Source of the DNA: Ptychomitrium polyphyllum
Taxonomy: Eukaryota
Length of the DNA stretch: 64,000 nt
Direction of reading: 5' to 3'
Assembly (NCBI GenBank): GCA_973851085.1
Contig: OZ316775.1
Span: 8,370,001 to 8,434,000, forward strand
Part shown: in pieces, positions 41,301 through 62,177 of the stretch
Position numbering within the stretch: the stretch's first letter is position 1
Layout: every line of letters begins with the position of its first letter
The notes under the pieces: model-generated
What the model was told of the DNA's origin: nothing
What the model saw: only the letters and a program-made list of their open reading frames with translations
Database searches by the model: none
Made by a program: the position numbers and the translations under genes

Positions 41301-42030
41301 ATGAAATAAGAAAAAAATATTTCTTTTAATATTTGGTAGTTTAATTGCATTTATGAAGTTGTTATTTTTGGATTTGGAAGTTTGAAGTATTATTTTTTAT
41401 TTGAAGATTCTACAAAAAAAAAAAATAGAAGCAAATAATGTATAAAATCTTTAGTTTTTCAAAAATTTGTCAAAGATATTATTGACAATAATTATATAAT
41501 TAATAATTAAAAAAAGCTTCAATTTAGGTGTTATATGATTAATACTAGTTTTGATTAATATGATAGTTTAAAATATGCATCCATGAGTGAAATGTATTTG
41601 AGTTTTAATGGAAAACTAAGTCCACAATGGATCTTTTACTTGTTTTGGATTTAATTCCCACATTTAAAATGACTTTGATTAACAACACCTTGTAGCAAGA
41701 CTTTTATTAAAATCAACAAAGTAGTGTTGAAATAACAAAGGATAATTTGGAAGAGATTTAATATCAAAATATAGACACATATACAATAAAATTTGATTTT
41801 TTAAATCAATAAAATTTTGGCCATTTGTAAATCCGTGAGTTTAGAGTTTCTTGACTATTCAGTTTTTACAAATTGCGTCAAAGGGATATTTTAAACATTC
41901 TATTTCTATAATTAAACAAAAAGTTTCTTAATTTAACTCTGGATATGAATAATAAATCGTTTCCTAGCATGACCACTCTCAATAAAATAAAACCATTCTT
42001 ACAAAAATAAAACCACTCTCATAAACATGA
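38400..42030. other. Very AT-rich, ORF-free intergenic block (probably decayed repeats)
   Basis: No ORF of 60 aa or more in the track, and CpG is scarce. A degenerate duplication (~40 bp matching) lies at ~38756-38848. No family could be recognised. Confidence 0.5.
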
Positions 42031-42070
42031 AATAAGTTGGTGAAACTGAGAAAAAAGATGTATCCACTAG

Positions 42071-42141
42071 GAGTTAACCAAGTCTGGTCAAGGGTTAACC
42101 AAGCCTACTGCCATGGGTTAACCAAGCCTACTGCCAGGGTT
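42071..42141. repeat. ~23-bp tandem repeat GGGTTAACCAAGCCTACTGCCA(T)
   Basis: Two near-exact units (42092-42114, 42115-42136) plus partial flanking units. Confidence 0.8.
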
Positions 42142-43110
42142 TCGTTTATGAGCTTGATAATATTTCTTTCAGATTGCCATTCACTTGTGAGTCTCTCTTT
42201 CCCTTTTCCTTTCTCCTTTCCTTCGGAAACCAATGGCAATGGATTTTTGTTGCAAAGGATACGATGACGGCAAGACCAAGCAAGTAAATACAATATGCAT
42301 CTCTTTTCTTGTTTGTATTCAGATTGGTTACTCTTTCTTTCTCGTTGTTTCTTTATCATCGTGTTGAATCTAAGTCGATGGCAGGCTTATTTTTTGATAT
42401 TGGATTCACTGACTAGGTACAGAACGATAACCAGTTGCAAGGCCGCTGGAATGATGGTGGTGGTGGGAGAGCAGGGCCAGGCTCTGGGGAAGGACACTCA
42501 AGAGTTGTGCAGTATCCTGCCATCCTTATCAGCAGGTTGGCAAGTGGGTGTGGGTGTGCTCAGCCCTACAATTTCTGCTCTTCTACATGTACCTGATCTA
42601 ATCATACAAGAAAGCAGGACGACATAGTAACTCAAAACGATTGGATGTGAAGTGAGTGCATTAAGTTAGGAAAAACTCACTCTAAGTGGTTATATGTTAT
42701 AACTACTAAAAAACCAAATGATTGTTTATTATGAGGATATGAACCAAACTTCAAAATTGAAAAAACAAAAGATTTGATAACAAAACAACATTAGTTGGTA
42801 AAATCATCCTCAATGTATCTAGGATATGATGGCCAAGTCAAATTCCACTACTTACATCAAAACTACCATGTATCATTGCCACTAGAATCTAAATAGTGCA
42901 TTACAAAATGATTTTGCAAATAACACCAAAGATAATCAACTCAAAGAATGCACGCAGCAAGAAAGCAAAAAAGCAAAAAACCATTTGAATGGCAACAGTA
43001 ACGTTGTTCCAATGATTACAATGAAAAAACTCGTCTATTTGTCAAATAAGGTTGCAAATCTTCCAAAAAAATAAAATGCCTCTATATTGTCCTAAATGTA
43101 GCTGCATGAA

Positions 43111-43218
43111 GAATGAATCATGTAAACAACCAAATATTTGGAATGAATCATGTAAACAACCAAATATTTGAAAGCTTTGCATTTCAAATATCAAAATTTG
43201 AAATGCAAAGCTTTCAAA
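43111..43218. repeat. Exact 30-bp tandem duplication overlapping a perfect 23-bp-stem hairpin
   Basis: GAATGAATCATGTAAACAACCAAATATTTG at 43111-43140 and 43141-43170. TTTGAAAGCTTTGCATTTCAAAT (43167-43189), loop ATCAAA, exact reverse complement at 43196-43218. Confidence 0.9.
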
Positions 43219-43484
43219 CAAGGTGAAGGCCTTTAAACTAAAGATTGATTTGATTGAAAACATTGCATTAAAGATGATATTAGTGCAAGGAATAAATTAC
43301 TTTCTCAATTACAATTAGGAGCATTAGAAAGAATCAACATCTTATGCATTATGCAGTTCCAATGTGTTGAAAAGTCATCAAAGGAAACTAAATAAACCTT
43401 ATTCCTCTAAGATGTTAAAATATGAACAGTCAAGTTCACATTTCTATTCCATGAGGAATACTCCATTCCTCAAATACACACCAA

Positions 43485-44900
43485 ATGCCATTTAGAAGCC
43501 ATCCAAGGTACGCACAAGGAAAAACTCGCAACAAATTCACGAGTTGGAGCAAAGCTAGCAAAAATCCATTGCCGCTGATGCAGTTCAATGTAAACCATAA
43601 GAACGCCGAGAGTTCTAATACGTACGCCTCTTGTATCAAAGGTTGTAAGACTCGCACCTGCCGACGCTCATGAGACTTGCTTTGAACTCATCAACAAATT
43701 CTCAACTATTGAGTGCCAATGCAGGCCCCATTGTATACAATCGCACTCTTCAACAATTTCCGCAATGGCATTCCAAGGTTACAGCATACAAGATTACTCC
43801 ATCTGAGTGCCGCATCTTGCGGCCCTGGATGAAGGCGTTGGAAAAAGAAGTTTTTGGGAGCATGCCCAAATGGAGGCCAAGTGCATTTGTTGTTGACCAC
43901 TGAGCTCAATGTGATCAGATATGAATACTGGACACTCTCGACTCCTGTCTCCTATTTTGTACAAACCTCTCTCTTGCACATTGACTCAAACCCTGTCCAC
44001 CATGAATTCAAACCGTCACTTGCACACTGTCTCCAAGTCCCTCTCAAATTGTGCCTTTAATTCTATTTGCAACTTGGTCTAGAACACTGTCTTGGACCCT
44101 TCCACGTATTCTGACGCATCATACCCAGATATGCATTGTATTTGCAGATATACTGTGCACTCTCCTGCAATATAAATTCATATACACACATAGAGGTCAC
44201 ACAACCTCTTACCTGTTTTCCAGTCCTTGTGAAAATTCAAACTCGAAATTTCCTTGTGAAAAGTCCTCCAAACTCGTCATTGTCATAACCAGAACATTTT
44301 TAAATAAATTATACTGATTCCTAATCACCGGTACTTCAGAGTTCCGTATATTCACATTCTGTCATCTTTAAAGACATCCAAAAAATTGCATCCAGTATTC
44401 CCCACCAGCCACATCGATCAAAATACAAAATCCACAATTGCACATAAAATTTAATTGCATTTCGTTTCGCCTTCAATCTCCAACACCCAATATTGTACAT
44501 GCAGCAACAGCACATATCCTTCACGTATCAATACACCATGCATCCTGTCGGCATAGTGCTAGGGTGTAACAGGAAATGACGCTTCATTTACAAGCTATTC
44601 TTCGTTCCTCTTACACATCATGCTGAATCACAAGATCCCCTTGTGGATTCTTTCCCTAGCACATTCATGCTGCATGCTCCACCGCCTTCGTCTGCAACGC
44701 ATCAGCATTCAGTAACAATTTTAAGTACCTACATGAGCACGAACAAAACACTCTCTGAAACATTCCACTTCTGCACCACTCCGGGCTTGACATGCACAAC
44801 CGAAATCCCCACCCGAACCCTACAGAAAAGTGCCTTCACAAGACAGTACTTTGCTCATCCATTCTCGATTTGGCTGGATCAATACCCTCATCTTACAAAA
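43485..44900 (+). pseudogene. Decayed Mutator-like (MULE/SWIM-family) transposase relic
   Basis: Frameshifted motifs in MULE order: SIAADA/FNVNHK (~43565-43601, first catalytic Asp region); after a CAG acceptor, APLYTIALFNNFRNGIP/VTAYKIT..LRPWMKAL..PKWRPSAFVVDH* (43725-43903, second Asp). Weaker matches: IFTFCHL* (~44350), LQAILR (~44590), IWLDQY (~44870). Confidence 0.6.
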
Positions 44901-45774
44901 CCAACAAGAATGTAGCAATCGCAACACTTGGGGGGTCGATCCTGACGAACTCAGAAATTTGATTCTGAGATCTGAAACTCGACGTGAAGATAAAAGGACA
45001 GAGACATGTGCAGTAACCAAACACACTCGCTGCGAAATCCTGAACCGTCAAGCATTCAACAGGAAATCGCCATCCACCAATTAGGACTTAAACCGCCGCC
45101 TCCAATTGCCCGCGAACAATTCACGACCACCGCTGCAGAACTTCACCTCTGAACGATCACTCGGACAAGATACACACCCAACCAACCAAACGACAAACAA
45201 CCCCTCCACAACATCGATCTCCACAATGCCTCCGTATCATCCATCACCTCACTCAACCTTCGGCAGGTACCTCTAGAATAAAAGATTAAATATGTGCAGC
45301 GTCCCATCTGTGCTGGATCGTGTACAAGCGTTTTGGACCAACAAAAAATAACTTCACATCTACAGAGTACGCCCCACTTCCATGTTCCTGGTTGCAGCCA
45401 GCAACCTCAAAGTCATCCCCACCCACTCTTGCCAATTCCTCGTGTACAGAGCGCCCGGTCCGCTTTCTGTACCACAACAAAACCCTCGTTTCTGGCTGTC
45501 GACCGCCCACCATCCTCGCTCCAACGGCGTCCGTATCTGGGCAGCCGCTCCGCCACCGGACGAATTCAACTCTACCTGCATTGCGGATACTCCTACTCTC
45601 ACTCACCCTCACTCGTCCGCTCCCTGCCGTGCAGCTCCTACTGCGACACAAACAGCCTTCTCTGTTATCTCGACAAAACAGACGCTCCGCGTCTATTCTC
45701 TCACCGCCGCCACCACCGACCCAACCCCACACCTGCTTGCATGCTTGCTCCGACCAGCGATCCGCTCCACGGCG

Positions 45775-45817
45775 GGATGGACGAATGGACGAATGGATGA
45801 ATGGATGAATGAATGGG
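45775..45817. repeat. GAATGGAC/GAATGGAT 8-bp tandem repeat downstream of the YY1-like gene (mirrored near 62400-62442)
   Basis: ggatggacgaatggacgaatggatgaatggatgaatgaatgg read directly. Confidence 0.7.
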
Positions 45818-46039
45818 CTTCTGTTCCTCGCGTCTCCTCTTCCGCCGCCATCCCCCGCTCTTCGCCGTGTCTCTGTCCACACCCTCCCTCGACCTCGTCG
45901 ATTCCTCCCTTGATGTTGTTGATGCACCACATTGAGAGCCATTTACATGGATAAACTTTCCGTACGAGTACGGCCCGCACAAAATTCAAGTGTGTGCACA
46001 AAACTGCAGCGCGCGGTGCACCTGCCCCCACCGCCCTGC

Positions 46040-50751
<4,712 letters not shown>

Positions 50752-52242
50752 CCTGCCTCACTTCCTCCTCAGCGCCTCACTCAGTACGTCGACCACATTG
50801 TCCCCTGCCCCATACGGACCACCTAGAAACTCAAAACCAAGCCGTCCCCTGTCTACACACAGTTGCCGCCTCATCCGTGACCTTCTCCACACAGGTTATC
50901 CACAAATTTACAGACTTCCTCTCAGCTGCGGTCCAGCTTGCCAACCTTCCCTAAGTACATTGTTCCAACCATGCCGGATACCGTTTGCCGCTCTTCGCCC
51001 AGGCCAGTGCTGACAAGTTTGCACTTAGGGCATACAGCATCGCCAAAGTCATTTTACAAAAGGCGGACACACTGATCGCTTCGCAAGCATCTCGGTGCGA
51101 TCCGCCAAGTCACATCGCAGACGGACACTTCATCAGCACCTCTGGTTGGATTGGCACAAACACGTCGGATATGCACAGGCCTGCAGGCTCCTTCACATGT
51201 TCCAGCTGCACATGGACGGCCTCATTCACCTGCACAACCACCACACAGCGTCAGCGCAGAGAGCAGACCTCGACGCTCCAACTTGTCACCGGTGCAGTTC
51301 TCTGCACAAGCCTCCGCAGCAGCAGCTGCTCGCCACCGTCGTTCACAAAATTCTAAGCTGCAACCGGTCTGATCACAGCACATGAAAGCCGTCTACGGTC
51401 CCTGACACCGAAGCAAATTTAGGCCAGTCATGTTAGCGTCGTCCGAGTACGCAGACCCCCGGAAATCGTTTCTAGCCTGCACTACGGCATACGCTGATTT
51501 ACCCGTACGAGACAGAGGGGAAAGCCGATCGATCCCCCGAGCTGCACTTTCCCCTCATGCACCTACCATCTCCACAGTCCGGCCGTGTTGGCGCGAACGT
51601 ACACGACGGCACCAACGCCGGCTCGCTTCGTCCTCAACGACGTCCGAAGCCGCACCACGCCAGCCTCCGATCGACCATTAAGCGGAAGCAGAGAAAGAGT
51701 ACGCGGGAGCGACACACGCCGAGACGAGCGAACGGCGTCGGTGAGTCCGCTAGATGCCGCCCGCGCCAGCGACCAGCGAGGAGTACACATTAGGTCACGC
51801 AACCTCTCTCTCGCCGAAGGCCACCAGCGCATGCACAACAGCCATCCGTACCGGGTCCACGGCCACCACAAGCACAATATCACTCCGTCCGCGCCCTCCC
51901 TCGCTGCTAACAAAACCAAACTAACGCGCGCGATAAGCCAACCCGGTGACAGCCTCCCTGCGAAGCTCGTCTAAGTCACCGGCTAGACGACTACTCATTG
52001 AATGCGCCCGTTCCGTTCCCCCCGCCAGCTTCTTCTGTGCCCATTGCCTGCTCCGCTCCGCTCCCTCGCGGTCACCCCGTCCCTAAATGCACCCCCGCGC
52101 TGAGGGAGTTGCAGGTGCAGCTGGCGACCTCTCCGCTTGCTAACGCTCTCAGCTTAAAGCCCGCACTAACGTCGACGGTCATCACAGAGACGCGGCAGAA
52201 CAAAAGCAGAAGCCTGAACAACCTTATCTACAACAACCGGCC

Positions 52243-52248
<6 letters not shown>

Positions 52249-52323
<75 letters not shown>
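52249..52323. repeat. (CT)37 microsatellite upstream of copy A
   Basis: Counted directly; reads (GA)n on the gene's sense strand. Confidence 0.95.
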
Positions 52324-52326
<3 letters not shown>

Positions 52327-53171
52327 CTCGGTGCCTCCCTCCCTCCCGCTCGCCCGCCCGCCCGCTCCATCCCCAGCCCGCGAGCGCCGAGAATTTCCGC
52401 ATTCCAGCGAGCAACCGTCCAAACCAGCGCGCTCCCTCCGTACACACAATCCCTACTCCTACTCCTACACGCGCACGAAACACAGCAACCCCCGAGGCCC
52501 TCCCGTTCCGGTAGTGGCCAAGGCGTGGTCGCCTAGTGAGTGTATTTTCTGATAGCAATCCGGCCCTCCCTGGCCGCACTCGCTCTAATTCAACACAGCG
52601 CAGCCCCCGGATCTCCCCGGCAGCACAATCCACGTACCTCGTGCATCCTCCTCCACGGCAGGTCCTCCGGCCCGCCCCTCGTCGGTACGCTGCTCGATCA
52701 TGAACGGAGCTGCTGCTTCCCCCCATGCGGCGCTGCAGCACACTACAGTACATCGCTCGAGTCGCCCGGTGGCGCTCGTCGTCGTGGTCTCCCACACAAG
52801 GGAAATCCAGCAGGGCAGGCTGAGCCTGGGCGAGGGCAAGCACGCAAGGCAGAAGACGAAGAGGAGCCAGGCCAGGCCAAAGGCACATACAGGGAGGGGG
52901 AGCAATCAAGGCAGTGAAAGGGGACACCCACAGCTAGTGCCACACACTACAGCATTCAATGCCCACTAACTTCACACTAACTTAGCTCCTCCAGCCCTGG
53001 CATGGCAATGCATTGTGCGTTTCTAGGTTATGCATCCCCTTCCTCTCTCTAACATCTATCCATTCCTATTTGTTTCTCTATCCATGTCTATCCATTTTTA
53101 CTTCTACACAACCCTTTTCCACTCTCTCTACACTATTGTGGATTGAAAGGTGATGTTGGCTACTTAGGAAG

Positions 53172-53202
53172 ATGTTGGTTATTTAAGAAGAATAACCAAC
53201 AT
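53172..53202. repeat. 12-bp-stem hairpin at the inner end of the left arm
   Basis: ATGTTGGTTATT (53172-53183), loop TAAGAAG, AATAACCAACAT (53191-53202). Confidence 0.85.
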
Positions 53203-53654
53203 GAGGTGAGGTGAAAATCCAAGAAAGTTGTAGTAAGAGTCTTTTCTTTTCAATTATATGTCCTCTCATTAGTACCTTTACTTTCCTTTTGATAGAGTTG
53301 TCTACATAGCCTTTGTACCTCTCTTTAATATTACAAATTCTTTACTTACTAAAACATTGGTACAAATTAGGTCAATAAACAAGTTGAGTTAGAAACCACA
53401 TGCCCATGCTTAGTATATGGATTCTTGAATTTGATAAATATGCAAAAATGACCAATATTGACAAACAAGACTTTTAGAAAGGAATTTGATCACGGATTTA
53501 ATTAAGAAAAATCATTTTATGAGTTTGCTTGATAAATAAAATGAAGCCATTGTTATCTTTGCATTGTAAATATAGTATAGCATCCTATATACAATAAATC
53601 AAATTTTTGTTCAATTTTATATTTCACAAACTAAGAAAAAATATGCATGCAAAG

Positions 53655-53701
53655 ACATACATACAAATACATAAATACACACCACATACACACACACACA
53701 T

Positions 53702-53733
<32 letters not shown>

Positions 53734-53790
53734 TTTTTCTATTTATAAATGTAGACATATATGCACGTGCATATGTGTATATATATATAT
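53655..53790. repeat. Compound (CA)n/(TA)n microsatellite in the AT-rich spacer
   Basis: ACATACAT.., CACACACACA and TATATATATA runs. Confidence 0.85.
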
Positions 53791-54940
53791 AAAAACCAAA
53801 AGAATAATACTTAATTAATAAAAGTTAGTTTTTACCATTAGTTAACTATCAATAATTTAACACCTTATTTTATTTGAGTTGCATCTTTCAAATCTTTTCA
53901 TTTCTTCACAATTGTGCATTCTGTTTTGAATTGTGCCTTACTTTTTAATTTAGTTTTTTCACCAAAATACACTAACTACAAAATAATACAATTTGCATAA
54001 AGGTTTATTTAGAAAAATAAAAAAGTAACATTTGGATGGTATCATCCAAATGTAAGAGTAAAGGCAGAAAAGAAAAATTACACAAAATGGATAGTACAAA
54101 TTGGAGTTTTAAAAGTTTAACTTTATGGCTTCTTCTCTCTATATATTTCTAATATTTTTTTCATTACTTTTCCAACATATGATTTCTTTGGATAACATAG
54201 ATTGTGAAAAAACAATGATTTTTAAACAAAGAATGAATTGTAAAGTGAGAGTTTGAAAAAGTTGCTATAAACCTTCATTTTTTTTGTTGTGCCTTTTAGT
54301 GTCTTTTTTGCAATTGAAAGGATACAACAGAGCTAGTGTATTCTATTTAACAATAATCTTACTTGTAGCTCTATTAAAAATTGTTTAAATTTTAAAATCA
54401 ATGACTAATATGTAAAATTTATAATTATAAAAGGTTTGACCAAAGTCCATATATTATGCTTTATGTGCAAGCATTATTGGACTTCCTTTGTTTTAGTCTC
54501 AATCAATTGGTTTAAATGTCAATCATTACTAATTACATCTTAATTGTATGTATATTAATTTTTTTTGTGACCTTAAAAGATAATCAATAAGTTTTTTGGC
54601 TTGCTTTCATGTTTGCAATGTATTGTTTTAGAATTTTAGCAAATTTTTAATGTTTTTTTAATATTTTATTTATATAGTTGATAACATTTAAAACTAAATT
54701 GAAAACAACATTAATTTTTTTAACTTACTTATGTTATAGTTGTCTTTCTAATATGGTAATGAAGCATAAATGGAACCAAAAATGACTTAGAACAATTAAA
54801 AAATTACAACTTAGGCTTTGTTTTGGATCCTTGTTGTTTTTTCTATTTAAGTATTTCTATTAACTCATTGCACTTTTTCACTCTCCTTTTTTACCACAAA
54901 CTTTAAAATAATGCATAGAATTTTAGGCTAAAAATTTAAT

Positions 54941-55040
54941 NNNNNNNNNNNNNNNNNNNNNNNNNNNNNNNNNNNNNNNNNNNNNNNNNNNNNNNNNNNN
55001 NNNNNNNNNNNNNNNNNNNNNNNNNNNNNNNNNNNNNNNN
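54941..55040. other. Assembly gap (100 N, size probably unknown)
   Basis: Exactly 100 N. Confidence 0.99.
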
Positions 55041-55892
55041 CCAACATCTTCCTAAGTAGCCAACATCACCTTTCAATCCACAATAGTGTAGAGAGAGTGG
55101 AAAAGGGTTGTGTAGAAGTAAAAATGGATAGACATGGATAGAGAAACAAATAGGAATGGATAGATGTTAGAGAGAGGAAGGGGATGCATAACCTAGAAAC
55201 GCACAATGCATTGCCATGCCAGGGCTGGAGGAGCTAAGTTAGTGTGAAGTTAGTGGGCATTGAATGCTGTAGTGTGTGGCACTAGCTGTGGGTGTCCCCT
55301 TTCACTGCCTTGATTGCTCCCCCTCCCTGTATGTGCCTTTGGCCTGGCCTGGCTCCTCTTCGTCTTCTGCCTTGCGTGCTTGCCCTCGCCCAGGCTCAGC
55401 CTGCCCTGCTGGATTTCCCTTGTGTGGGAGACCACGACGACGAGCGCCACCGGGCGACTCGAGCGATGTACTGTAGTGTGCTGCAGCGCCGCATGGGGGG
55501 AAGCAGCAGCTCCGTTCATGATCGAGCAGCGTACCGACGAGGGGCGGGCCGGAGGACCTGCCGTGGAGGAGGATGCACGAGGTACGTGGATTGTGCTGCC
55601 GGGGAGATCCGGGGGCTGCGCTGTGTTGAATTAGAGCGAGTGCGGCCAGGGAGGGCCGGATTGCTATCAGAAAATACACTCACTAGGCGACCACGCCTTG
55701 GCCACTACCGGAACGGGAGGGCCTCGGGGGTTGCTGTGTTTCGTGCGCGTGTAGGAGTAGGAGTAGGGATTGTGTGTACGGAGGGAGCGCGCTGGTTTGG
55801 ACGGTTGCTCGCTGGAATGCGGAAATTCTCGGCGCTCGCGGGCTGGGGATGGAGCGGGCGGGCGGGCGAGCGGGAGGGAGGGAGGCACCGAG

Positions 55893-55895
<3 letters not shown>

Positions 55896-55968
<73 letters not shown>
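55896..55968. repeat. (AG)36 microsatellite upstream of copy B
   Basis: One dinucleotide unit shorter than the left-arm tract, which explains the 2-bp shift in mirror coordinates. Confidence 0.95.
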
Positions 55969-55974
<6 letters not shown>

Positions 55975-57465
55975 GGCCGGTTGTTGTAGATAAGGTTGTT
56001 CAGGCTTCTGCTTTTGTTCTGCCGCGTCTCTGTGATGACCGTCGACGTTAGTGCGGGCTTTAAGCTGAGAGCGTTAGCAAGCGGAGAGGTCGCCAGCTGC
56101 ACCTGCAACTCCCTCAGCGCGGGGGTGCATTTAGGGACGGGGTGACCGCGAGGGAGCGGAGCGGAGCAGGCAATGGGCACAGAAGAAGCTGGCGGGGGGA
56201 ACGGAACGGGCGCATTCAATGAGTAGTCGTCTAGCCGGTGACTTAGACGAGCTTCGCAGGGAGGCTGTCACCGGGTTGGCTTATCGCGCGCGTTAGTTTG
56301 GTTTTGTTAGCAGCGAGGGAGGGCGCGGACGGAGTGATATTGTGCTTGTGGTGGCCGTGGACCCGGTACGGATGGCTGTTGTGCATGCGCTGGTGGCCTT
56401 CGGCGAGAGAGAGGTTGCGTGACCTAATGTGTACTCCTCGCTGGTCGCTGGCGCGGGCGGCATCTAGCGGACTCACCGACGCCGTTCGCTCGTCTCGGCG
56501 TGTGTCGCTCCCGCGTACTCTTTCTCTGCTTCCGCTTAATGGTCGATCGGAGGCTGGCGTGGTGCGGCTTCGGACGTCGTTGAGGACGAAGCGAGCCGGC
56601 GTTGGTGCCGTCGTGTACGTTCGCGCCAACACGGCCGGACTGTGGAGATGGTAGGTGCATGAGGGGAAAGTGCAGCTCGGGGGATCGATCGGCTTTCCCC
56701 TCTGTCTCGTACGGGTAAATCAGCGTATGCCGTAGTGCAGGCTAGAAACGATTTCCGGGGGTCTGCGTACTCGGACGACGCTAACATGACTGGCCTAAAT
56801 TTGCTTCGGTGTCAGGGACCGTAGACGGCTTTCATGTGCTGTGATCAGACCGGTTGCAGCTTAGAATTTTGTGAACGACGGTGGCGAGCAGCTGCTGCTG
56901 CGGAGGCTTGTGCAGAGAACTGCACCGGTGACAAGTTGGAGCGTCGAGGTCTGCTCTCTGCGCTGACGCTGTGTGGTGGTTGTGCAGGTGAATGAGGCCG
57001 TCCATGTGCAGCTGGAACATGTGAAGGAGCCTGCAGGCCTGTGCATATCCGACGTGTTTGTGCCAATCCAACCAGAGGTGCTGATGAAGTGTCCGTCTGC
57101 GATGTGACTTGGCGGATCGCACCGAGATGCTTGCGAAGCGATCAGTGTGTCCGCCTTTTGTAAAATGACTTTGGCGATGCTGTATGCCCTAAGTGCAAAC
57201 TTGTCAGCACTGGCCTGGGCGAAGAGCGGCAAACGGTATCCGGCATGGTTGGAACAATGTACTTAGGGAAGGTTGGCAAGCTGGACCGCAGCTGAGAGGA
57301 AGTCTGTAAATTTGTGGATAACCTGTGTGGAGAAGGTCACGGATGAGGCGGCAACTGTGTGTAGACAGGGGACGGCTTGGTTTTGAGTTTCTAGGTGGTC
57401 CGTATGGGGCAGGGGACAATGTGGTCGACGTACTGAGTGAGGCGCTGAGGAGGAAGTGAGGCAGG

Positions 57466-62177
<4,712 letters not shown>

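Noticed and set aside
38400..41900. Possible Helitron, hAT or viral coding relics in the AT-rich block
   Set aside because: Hand translation of sampled stretches gave no convincing motif; a profile search is needed.
42071..43170. Short direct repeats as a CRISPR-like array
   Set aside because: Only 2-3 adjacent units, no spacers, eukaryotic context, no cas genes.
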